DNA from: Antechinus flavipes
Lineage: Eukaryota
Length of the DNA: 64,000 nt
Assembly: GCF_016432865.1 (NCBI RefSeq)
Contig: NC_067401.1
Span: 65,782,001 to 65,846,000, forward strand
Direction: 5' to 3'
Positions within the stretch are counted from its first letter, which is position 1. Each line of letters opens with the position of its first letter. Below are positions 1 through 11,112 of the stretch, in pieces. A program made the position numbers and the translations under genes. The notes under the pieces are model-generated. The model saw only the letters and a program-made list of their open reading frames with translations, ran no database searches and was not told where the DNA came from.

Positions 1-486
1 ACAAACTAACTACTAAGCAAGCCTAAAGGGGGAAAAAGCCCTAATAGAAGCAGCTCACATTTTTATAGAGATCTGAGGTTTAATAAAACCCTTTGCTCAC
101 AGCAACCCTTTTAGGTAGATAAACAAGTACTGCTGCCCTCATTTTTACAACTAAGGGGAGAAATGGGCTCAGAGAGGAAAAGGGATTTGTCCAGGACCAC
201 ACAGCTAGTAAGTAAAAGAACCAAGACCCTAACCTGAACCACCCCTAAGAAAAGAGCAGAGGGTTCTGGACTAAGGCAGAAAAAGCCTTCAGCCCTATGA
301 CAATAGTGAGGAGGCCTGACCTCTTTTAGAGCTGCCAAACAGGAACCTGGAGAATAAAAAAACAGCCTGACCTATTTCAAGACAACAAAAGGTAAATACA
401 AATCTCACAAAAGCACTTTTAGTTACCAAGTATTTTTTTTAATAGAAAATGGGGGGAAATCATTTCCCCTCCACTATTATCCTTAA

Positions 487-672
487 ATCTCTATCCCTTT
501 CTTTCCTCTCTCCTTCCTCCTTTTCTTCTTTCCTCCCTCACTGCCAAACAGTAGAAAATATATAATCTTCTAAACTTACCCTATCTGTCCCTTTCTTTTC
601 TCTCTCCTTCCTTCTTTTCTTCTTTCCTCCCTCCCTAACAGTAGAAAATATACAATATCTCCTAGACTTACC
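487..672. repeat. Diverged ~90-bp tandem duplication (2 copies)
   Basis: Copies at ~487-580 and ~583-672 share the pyrimidine tract, AACAGTAGAAAATATA and a terminal ACTTACC. Confidence 0.85.
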
Positions 673-859
673 AAAACACCAATAAAGAGGAACAGAAAAT
701 GTACTGGCTGACATCAACAGTAATTTTTATGGTGTAAGTACAAAAGACAAGAAACTAAATTTCCTTTGAACCAACACTGCTCTTGATATCTTGTTCTGCT
801 TTTTTGTTTCACCTTTCAACAATGCATATATGTATCTTTGGCTGAAAGAACCATCTATT

Positions 860-1250
860 TCTTGAAATACAGGCACCTCAGGGACTATCCAGTTCAACCT
901 TCCAATTGGTCAATGAATCTTCTCTACCACATCAATGATACAATATCCAACCTCTGTGTGAATAGTTTCAATGACAAGTAGTTTATTGTCACTTGCAGCA
1001 GTATATACAGTTTTCAGACAGTTTTCATGCTTGGATAATTGAAATGAAATTTTCTTACTCACAACTTCCACCACACTGGCCCTTTGTTTGGCCTTCTGGA
1101 TCCAAGGTTCTTTCACATGACAAATTCTTCTCATCGGACCCTCTTCTGATCTGAATGATCTGAAGATCATTACTGTGCCTTCTGCCCTCTAACAAATTTT
1201 CTTTTCTCTCTGCTAAACATCCTCAATTCATCCATCTAGTCCAATTCATA
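860..1250 (-). mobile_element. L3/CR1 LINE 3' fragment (old)
   Basis: Resembles degraded CR1/L3 3' sequence; boundaries approximate. Confidence 0.5.
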
Positions 1251-4200
1251 TCAGAAGACAAATCTCTTACATAAAATCTCTGGCAACAAGTTACCCAGGA
1301 TTCTGTCACTTCTAGCTGTGTGACCTGGATAAACCCAACAGCAAGTCTCAGTTATATTTTCTATATAAGAAGCTAATTCTGAGGAAGCTGAATATAAGAG
1401 GAGAAAAGCTAGATTTAAAACCATAAGATCTAGATATAAGTCCTGGCTCCAACAACTGACAGCTGTGTGATCTTGAACTCATTCAATCTTTCTAGGCCTT
1501 GATTCCCCCCCCTTCTGTAAAATGGAAAAATAATATATTCTCTGCTACAAGCAAAATCTTAAAATCACTATAGAAATAGGAACACTTGCTATTATTATTT
1601 GTATTTTCTTGACAGCTCTCACATAATTGCAAAATTTTATACATACACTTTGGGGGAAAATAATCTTTACAACAGAAATATGTGGTCATCCAATCTTTTA
1701 TTGAAGATATTCCATTAGCTCCTGTGTTCTATTATACTTCCAACTAGTTCTAGGTATCAGAAGTTTTTCTTTACCCTAGTCCTAAATTTGGCTTCTTTAT
1801 ATCTTAGACCCTGGATTTCGAATCAATAGTTCTAGGTTCACATCCTGGCTCAACCACTTGTTACCAGTGCAGTAATAGTGGGTATTCACGAATTTCATGA
1901 ATTCTCTCTAGGTCTCAGTTTCTTCATCTGTAAAATGAGAAGGAAAAATTTTATGATCCCTGAGAAACCTTCTAGCTCTAAATCTATGAATGATATCATG
2001 ATACTAAACCTATTCATTTTTCCACATAACAGCCATTCCAACACTTGAAAATAGTAACCAAAAGGGCACAAGAGTAGGAACTAAAAGAGATATCAGCCTA
2101 TCTAGACTAGCCACTTCTTTGTTCAAATGAGAAAGATCTAGTCTTCTTTACATGGAATGCTGTTCTCTTCTTGCTGACTCTGTACATTAACTATCTCAAC
2201 TCAAGTTAAATTTTGCTCATCGCTCTAGCCATTTTGAATCCTGATTATGTCAACTAATGAATTTAACTATCTCTAAATTTTCTAAAATCCATAAATTTGA
2301 TAAACAAGTCTTCTATTTTTTCCATCTAACTAACTGATAAGAGTGTTGAAAATAATAAGGTCTAGGAAAGAAGTCAGAGATAAGAGAGCTGGTATAGATG
2401 AAGTTTATGAATCTCATCAAAAGAAGAGACTTTTGACCTCATCAAAGTCACAAATTAATGGAAGGAACAAGGTTAAAACCTTGATTTCTCTAAGTCTTTG
2501 GGGCAAATAAATCCTGTTTTAAAACAGCCTTAAGCTTTATATTTTCAAAAAAATGTGTTTAATTTTGAATATAGCTGAACAACAATTCTATTTGCGTATG
2601 ATAATCCTCATATTGTTTTGTGACTGTTTTAGCTAGATCTATTATTATACCTGATATCTGTAGAGTTACTTAGAATCTTGAAAACCATTTATTTATTTTA
2701 TTTTATTTGCTCCTAACATCAATCTCCTGAAGCAAATCAGGGCAGATATTATCCCAAGCATTACCTAAGCTGGCATATTTCCTTTCCTTTCCTGAATTAT
2801 AACCTCCAACTGCCTGGACCTTCCAGCTGTCCTACATCTATCTTATAGACACCTCATTAGCATGTTTTCCCCTCCATTAGAATGTAAACTTCATGAGAAA
2901 AAGAATTTATTTTCGCCTTTTGCTATATTCCTTACAATTAATATAGGACTTGGTAATATAGTAAGCATTTAATAAATATTTGTCAACTCTTTTTTATTCT
3001 TTGTTACAAGGGATGGTTATGTGGAAAAGGAAAGGATAGGAAAATATTTAGAAATGAATCTGATGTTAAAAACAAGTGTGGCATTTTTAAAAAATGAATC
3101 AACTGGAAAAAGGATTCCTAAAAACAATTACTTTAAACACAGCTTTTTAAATATATGTAAATAACATGCAAATAGGGCATTATGCTAGGCTTCTTTCATT
3201 AGACCAGAAGGTTTTGTAAGTCTCTTAAGGAATTAAAGCCTTTCCATACATGAAGGAACCCCAACACCTATTTTATCATTGCAGCAAAGTCTAAAGAATT
3301 CTGGTGGTAAAATAGGCAAGTTTAAATGTCCCTACCATATTTTCTTTTTAAGGTTCTCCTAGAAATGACTAATGGAAATCAAAGGTTCTCTGAAACATGG
3401 CACAAAAACTTTAACTCCATTAGACCATGTCAAAGTGGATAGCTGTGGGAAAGATAGATGAGGAAAAAGATAGATGAATTGCTCTTGATGTCAGCCTTAC
3501 CAATCTTTGGAACCCAAACACTAAATCAATTAACCAACAATCATTTCTTAAGTGCCTACTATGTGATAGATCTGTGCAGGGCAGTAGAGATAACCAAGCC
3601 AAAAAATATGAAATAATTCCTACTTTTAAGGATCTTATAATCTATCAGTAACTTACAATTAGACTTAGGGGAAGAATTTCCAAGTTGAGATACCTTTCCC
3701 AAGAAAGGATATTTTTAGAAACTAGACTAAAGCAAGATAAAAATCTTTAACAAGAGAACTAAGGACAACATCCTAACCACAAATCATCATTTAAACCCAA
3801 GAGGAAAGAGCTGATTTTATTTATGTGGCTCAAACCCTGACATTATGACAGGCTTTCTATCTTATAAGTAAGGTATCAATTAGCCAAATTCAAATGAGCA
3901 TTAATTACAAATGCAAAATCAAATGTAAGCATTATGCTTGGTTTAAATTAACTCAACCTCCCACCAACTCACTAAGTCACTAACTCATCATGACAACAGC
4001 CAGATTTGCATGTGGTTTTAAAGAGAGGGAAAAAAACAGACTAATGGAATGCTAAAACCAGAAAACTGTCATAAAACTAAAACTTCTATCTCTTCTTTTC
4101 TCATAAAACAGATGAGGAAATTAAGGCTCAGAAAAATTAACAAGTTTTGTCTAGGGATACTCAGATAATTAGTGGTTGAGCTTTTCTCCCAGTCCAGTCG

Positions 4201-4951
4201 TTATGTTGTCTATTGTGCAATAACCAGGAAAAAAAAATGTGAAGTGTGTTTTTAGACAAGACAGTTTTAGACAAGACCAAGAAAGGGCAGGGAGGGGGAA
4301 GGAAATGGAATGATGGTGAGCAGAGATTGCTCTTATTTCCTTGTCATTCTAAGTCATCAATTTTTAGAGTTAAACAGACTAAGACCCTCCAACCATCTGT
4401 CAGCTTTCCAGCGCTCTGACATACATTTGGGCCTTTTTCCTTATGGCTTTCAGCTTGATGTATTAGTATTTAATTGCAAGTTGTTGGATCTCCCTTCCTG
4501 CAGCCTTCTCAAAAGCTAAACCCAAACCTGAAGAGGTCTTATACCAACAGTAGATTCCATCTGAAGGAAAGTGTGAACTAATAACCTAAGGCTGATGGTA
4601 TGACATAAAAACTTTTCCTACTGACATTAAACTAAGGCTTAAAAAAAAGGTGACCCCCTGGCAATATGCCACCTTTATTTTGTCCACTTTGAGAACTAAG
4701 AAAAAGTTTATTGTGCCCCTAAATTTCAAGGCTGGCTCCTATATCAAAATTCAAATTTGTTAAGTCCTGTTTTAAAGCAACATATACAGTACATGGATAT
4801 CACATATATGTAACACATATCCTTATAATAGCTGTCAGAAAAATAGTCTACAAATCTCCAGAACAGAAAAATGATTTTTGGGTCTTTCTAAAGTACTTGC
4901 TAAAATCTAAGAGGGAAAAAATGAATACTAATTCCAAATTTAATGTCTGCC

Positions 4952-4955
<4 letters not shown>

Positions 4956-5007
<52 letters not shown>

Positions 5008-5090
5008 CTTTTCCTCTCCCTCTCTCTATTTCTCTCTCTGTATCTTTGTATGTCTGTGTCTCTCTGTCTCTCTGTCTCTGTCTCTGTTTT

Positions 5091-5144
<54 letters not shown>
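4956..5144. repeat. Compound microsatellite (CT)n...(CT)n(CA)15
   Basis: Read directly; the (CA) tract is 5114-5144. Confidence 0.97.
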
Positions 5145-5147
<3 letters not shown>

Positions 5148-5569
5148 TATTGCTACCTAGACTAGGTTAGATTTGTATTTCTACTCTTCTTAGTGCTAAT
5201 GAATTCATGATCATGAAGAAAGTCATCAGAAAAAGAATATAATTATGGCTGCCAGTCCTCTAAAGTTCCGAAAGACTTCTTGAATAGGTTATTCTAGCTC
5301 TCTCCTACTGCTTTTTCTGACACCATTATCTCAGTGGAACCCAAACTGCAAGTACTTTTTCCAATGTGATATCACTTAGCTTCTAGGATAAAGTCCAGAG
5401 AGTAACTATCACCTTGCTACAAAATTCACCACTCCAAAACACCCTATGGTATTGCCTTTCACACACCATGCCCTCTGCCCAAGAGCTTAAGAGTGGCCTG
5501 TTTTATTCAGCAGAAAGAGAATTATTATGTACAAATGCATAAGCATGACAATTTTTTCAATCTACTTAC

Positions 5570-5662
5570 CGCATAAGAACCTATTAAAAATGCTGCATTC
5601 GCTCGCTTTCGTTGATCAAAACTGGTGTAGTGCACTATTTTCTTTCTTGATAAACTGTATGA
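5570..5662 (-). CDS. CDC14A: CDC14A coding exon 4 ([31 protein letters not shown])
   Basis: Acceptor ttctctatttag|TCATAC and donor GCG|gtaagt. 93 nt, phase 0-0. [12 protein letters not shown] distinguishes CDC14A from CDC14B. Intron 3 is 10,008 nt. Confidence 0.98.
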
Positions 5663-7485
5663 CTAAATAGAGAAAGAAAACATGATAGTGTAACTATATT
5701 ATTGCAATGTCCAAACAAGAACAGACATAAATGACCCAAAGATAAAACCTAAAACCCTCTTAAATTTGAAAAAATAAACAAAAAAGAACTTTGCTCACCA
5801 GAGAAACACAATTGATATGATATTAAACTAAATCAAACCTTATTTCTACTCCTAATCCCCTTTCAAAATCATCAATTTCACTGGTTACTTGTACACAGAA
5901 AACAAAACAACCAACACTTACTGCACTTCATATGTTCAAGGAAGTAGATGAGGTACAAAGATAAATAAAACATAGTTCCTGCCTTCATAGGACTAATGAT
6001 CAAAAAGGGGAGCTAAAACCAATAGGAAAATAACTTTTTTTAAATAGTATTATGCATATCAGATATGAATAAAAAGAGATTTGGAGAGAAAGAAATTGTT
6101 ACCCAGGGAAGGGGGCAAAAGAAAATATAAAAAAGATATAAAAATAAAGAAAAAATATGTAAAGCTTAAATCTAATCTATTTTTTTCTCTTTAAGACTGT
6201 CATAAAGTTTGTATGACAAATTACCAAGTCTAATGTTTTTAGGGGGTTTTATCTATTTAGTGATCTATACCAATCATTTTAAATTACCTGCAAAGAAGCT
6301 GTTGGGAGAGAAAGGGAAAAAAACCTCAAAAAGGTTATACTAAATATATAACTTTGTATGATATCCACATACACCAAACACAAATAATTGCTACATTTAC
6401 ACCTAAAATGAAGAAAATTGTGGTTATCAATTAAGAGATATGACAAAATACACAAATCTGTTTTAATTTCATAAAGTCAAAGCATTAATCCAAACTCTTA
6501 TAAATATATAATTTAAATAATGAAACCTGCTCATAGAAACCACTCAGAATTTTTTTTAAAAAAAATCAAAATATATCCCTACTTGCTAAAGTTCTCTTCA
6601 GTCTCAAATTATTTTGTATTAACTATCTATTCACATATATTGCCTTCCCTAACACTGAAAAACAGCAAAATGATGCTAAATGAAGAAGTAAAAGAAAAAA
6701 AGAAGGGGAGGGGAAGGAAAGAAATTAACTAAAGGAAAGGAATAACAATAACAATGACAATAGCAGCAAAGACTAAAGAAATTAAAAAACAATGTACTAC
6801 AAACTTAAAATAAGTGATAAGGTAGTGTGAAAAGGTCTATCTGTGTATTTGCATCCCAAAGGAATCTAAAACACTATCCTAGCCATACCAGATGAAGAAC
6901 AGAAACATAAAGACTGTATACAAGGAACTGTTTCTCCATACAGGTTAAGTATTGATTTTATGAAGTGGCTCATCCATTAACTACAATCAGTGGTATATTG
7001 AACATGATAGAAAAGTAGTAGTTAGTAGGGCATTTATTGTTGCCTGCCCATTATCACATCTATAGCAAATTTCTAAGCTTTTATCACTATTAGAAAATTA
7101 AAGAAAACATGGAATGTGGTGTTTTTTTACTTCAAAGCACAATAACCTGAAATAAGCATGTATTAAATGCCGCCTACATTCAAGGCACTATGGTAGACCC
7201 TGAAGATAACAAAGGCAAAACAAAATAAAACAAAACAACAAAAAGTTACTTTCAAGACATTTACATTCTAGTTGGAGGAGGGGAGCCAATATGGATTAAA
7301 TAAAACAAGAGCATATGAGAGATATTTTCCAACTCAAAAGTAAAAGAAGGTAAAAAAAGGAAAAATGCTATTCCAGTCCTAATGACTCCCTCTGAAAAAT
7401 AAACTACATGAACTTAATTAAAATAACTTGAATACTCACACCCACCCGTAAACACAACAAATAACCAAGATTGTCCATGGCTCAC

Positions 7486-7605
7486 CTGATGATGCTTTGC
7501 ACGGAAGCATGCTGCTTGGCATTTGGAACAGCTTTGAAGCTCTGAAGGCCACATATCATTTAAACATTCAACAACCAAAATGATAGTTTGTAAATTTTTT
7601 CCCAT
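7486..7605 (-). CDS. CDC14A: Candidate alternative N-terminal coding exon of CDC14A (MGKNLQTIILVVECLNDMWPSELQSCSKCQAACFRAKHHQ)
   Basis: ATG at 7605, with an in-frame TAA two codons upstream. Exactly 40 codons, then the consensus donor CAG|GTGAGC at 7486/7485 in phase 0, which matches the phase-0 start of exon 4. No transcript evidence is available. Confidence 0.6.
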
Positions 7606-10600
7606 TAATTAGCAATATATGCAATTAAAAGGAAAGCCAAAACTGCAAAATTCAAGCTCAAAAGCTAATTTTAAGTCAAATATATCTTATACAGTCTTTT
7701 TTTTTAAATAAAAACTGTTTGCCATGCTGAAAATACAACCTTAAAGTCTTTTAGAGTATTTTGTTTGTTGTTAAAATACATCAAACTTTTTGAGCAAAAT
7801 AAACCCAAAATGCTGCCTGTATATATAATCTATTTGTTTTTTTAAAGAACAAGGTCTATTCGCTCCTTTTAACAAGCAAGCTTTGCCTTATCAAGGTATT
7901 AGGATGAAATAGATCAAGGCACAAACATGAGGTAAAGCATCATTCTCTTGCTGGGGGCTGTGCTATAATAGGCAAAGAAATAGCAGCCAACGGTGCAAAC
8001 ATTGGTCATCTCACAGCAAAAGCAATAAAATTATTTACAGGTTTCCTATTATAAGCCATGACCTAAATGTTTACCTCCAGCTTTCTCAGGATTGGGATAT
8101 TCTTGAAAACGTTCATTGGCTGCACAAAAAAAAATATGGTTTATGTTTTTATTCATAGCTATAACACTACAATAAGGCACATGAACTTGGCTTTTAGGGA
8201 TCTTCAAAAAAGTCCATACTTCTGACAAGAGAACATTTGAAACCAAGAATCATATCCAGTTTCTATAAAGAAATGGTTCCTAATCTGAGTTCCATGAACT
8301 TTATAAATATTTTAATAACTGCATTTTCAATATCATTGGTTTCCTATTTTATTTTGTGCATTTAAAAACCTTATTCAAAAAAAGGATTCTTGAGCTTCCC
8401 CAGTATATAGAGTTAGTTAGACTCCAGTCTAACATTATTTTAAAGCTATGTCACAAGCAAATTGTTTATGTTTATTATTTGTTCAGTATAAAAGACAAAT
8501 GCCAAGGTTCTAGAGCTTCCCACAACATCCATTACCATTTGTTTTACACTGCACAAGCTTCCACCAGAATATAGAGTTAATAACGAGTGAAAAGAGATAG
8601 AAAACAAAAGTATGAGAAACAATAATATATGAATGAGCATTCCATTCACTAAATTCTAGCGAACATCCAGATTAGAGTAAATTAACATTCAAATCTGGTT
8701 ACTGACTTTATGACACCCTCCTTCTTCCTAAAATTGTCTAATAGCCCTTTATTCATTCCTATAAACACACATTAGGCACCAAATTTTGTGAAAGAAATAT
8801 GTATAAGAAAATTTTAAACCCTTTAAGATAAATGTAGACAGGGATACTGGAACCAGCTATAAAAACCTATGCCAAATTTTCACTGTAAATGTTTGTTGAC
8901 TAAGTAGCAAATACTATAAATCAGAGTCCAAGAGTCCAAGTGATAGAGAAAATATGAACAATGCAGACTAAACTGAAAATTGTGTCAGTATAAATTTTTT
9001 TCAGAAGACTCATTGTTAAACATTTACCAGCATGCCTGAGTTCAGACATTAAGAAAATCTGTGTCAGAGATGACTGTATTAAACAATATTTCACTTTCCA
9101 TAGAAATTTATTTCCTTTAGAAAATTTTGTTTAATTTTCCTCTCAAGCTGTGGATCTGCTGTAAGGAAAATTAAAAATAAATAGGCCCAATCAGTTCTGC
9201 TAATGTCAAATTCTAAATATTAAATATGTGTGGGACATCTCCCCCTGCCTCATGTTGGCAGGAAAGTAATGAGACTAGGTTTTCTGAAAACTAAGTCAGC
9301 AGAATATAGTTCTGGAAAGACTTTGAGTATATAGGTCTGTAAACCCTTATTGATGAGATAAGTCTAATGAAAGTGAAACAAGCTCATTACCAGATGGTTA
9401 AGACATGGAAGCAGAGAACGGTTTTTTCAAGCTATTGTTATATGAAGAGGGAACACCTTCAATGGATCTTTGAAAGTGTTGGAGGGTCAAGTTTTTCTTC
9501 CCAAGTAAGCTTCAAGAGGTTGTTTTAAATAATGAGTTTTTTTAATAGAATATTTTCATTCTCTTTTGGTCCTCTAACCCTATTCTCTCAACAGCTAATG
9601 GTATTTTCTTTTAAGTGGCATTTATAGTGAATGCCTGTCAAATCTGGCATCCTCCACCACCACCCTTCAGGTAAAATCACTGAAAAAGTAATAAAATGTG
9701 ACTACCATTTCATAAAGACCTTTCTATGATCTACAATCACAAAGAAGCAGTTTAGAAATAAGCATGGGCTTGAGAATTTTTCCATTCTAATCAACTGCTC
9801 ATTCAAACCAAGGTCACTCTATACACAGAATGCTTGCTACCTGAAATAAATCAATATGTAATCACCCCAAAACAAATGGCTCCACAATTCTGACTTTAAA
9901 ACAAAAGATTAATCTAATGGTAATACCAAAGCCAATTCTATACAGTGTATGGGAATGCATCTATTGCAATCTTAGTAGTAGCATAGAGAATCTCATCAGA
10001 AAACTATTATTTATCACAAAGCCCTTACAAAGTAAAAACTGATGTGCAAGAAACTTCTTTTACAAGCAACTTTTCAGTAACCTATAATCTTAAGAGAGAT
10101 GGCTGGGATCCTAAGAAGTTACGTGACTTGGTTACAGTCTTTCAGCTCATAGCTAGTCAGCTGAAGTCAGACTAATCCACAATCTGAATCCAGGCAATTT
10201 ATGTCTCTCCAAGGGCCACCAACAATTACAATGCTGACTCTTCTCTCATCAAAATACATTAGGAAAACAAGCTAAAAACTTACACAGTCACATTAGAAAT
10301 TCAGAAAACTAGCTCATGGCAACATGACCTGCATCTTAAGCAAGGGTTGCTAGGTTTCTTTCCCTAATATGTTTGGCCAGAATAGCACAAAATCATTAAA
10401 TTATGAATTCATTGTATATTTTTAAAATTAACCTTGACATAATACTAGGATCAGAAGCATTAATACAATGTTAGATTCCCATTCAATACATCAAGATCAA
10501 ATTTACAAGACAGAGTTAAGTCTAAACTGTAGTTGGAAAGATTTCATTTAGACCTCAGGAATATTTCCAGATAATTAAGAGATATTGGAACAAAGTGCTA

Positions 10601-10694
10601 GAAGAAGCTGTTATCCTGTCTTGATATGTTTTCAGAAATCACTAAGATGATTGAGATGGAGTGATAAAGAGAAGTAAATTAAGATTGTCTAAAG

Positions 10695-10875
10695 CCCAGA
10701 TTCTTAAACTGTGATTCACAACCTCATATAGGGTCTTGTAATTGAATGTAAGGGTCATGATTTATTATCAATGTTTGATCTGTAATCAATTTCATATACC
10801 TATGTACCTGAGGTCACAGAAAAATTTCTTCAGTGAAAAGAAATAACATGTGGAAAAAGTTTTAGAGGTTTCTCA
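10695..10875. mobile_element. Old hAT-like MITE relic
   Basis: Begins CCCAGATTCTTAAACTGTG and ends GGAAAAAGTTTAGAGG, consistent with decayed hAT-type termini. Confidence 0.4.
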
Positions 10876-10889
10876 TCTAAACCTCTTCT

Positions 10890-11112
10890 CAGGGGACCTA
10901 AATAGTAGCACTGGTCCTAGAGGTAGGAGAACCTAAATTCAAGTTCAGACTTAAATATTTAGCTAACTTGTGTGACCCTGGACAACAAGTCACTTAAACC
11001 CTGAATTTCTAATCTATAAAATGAGCTGGAAAAGAAAAGAGCTAACCACTCCAGTACCTCAGCCAAGAAAACACCAAATAGAATCAGAGACTCAGACAAA
11101 AATGAAATGACT
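10890..11112 (+). mobile_element. MAR1-type CORE-SINE
   Basis: CORE (TGTGTGACCCTGGACAA..GTCACTTAA) followed by an RTE-derived tail (AACCACTCCAGTACCTCAGCCAAGAAAACACCAAAT). Confidence 0.75.

Noticed and set aside
4848-5170. Four overlapping ORFs (CVCV/ERER/SLSL-rich)
   Set aside because: These are translations of the (CT)n/(CA)n microsatellite.
1-5569. CDC14A exon 5 (VIYLKKTPEEAY...)
   Set aside because: No matching sequence was found by eye; it presumably lies beyond the left edge of the window.
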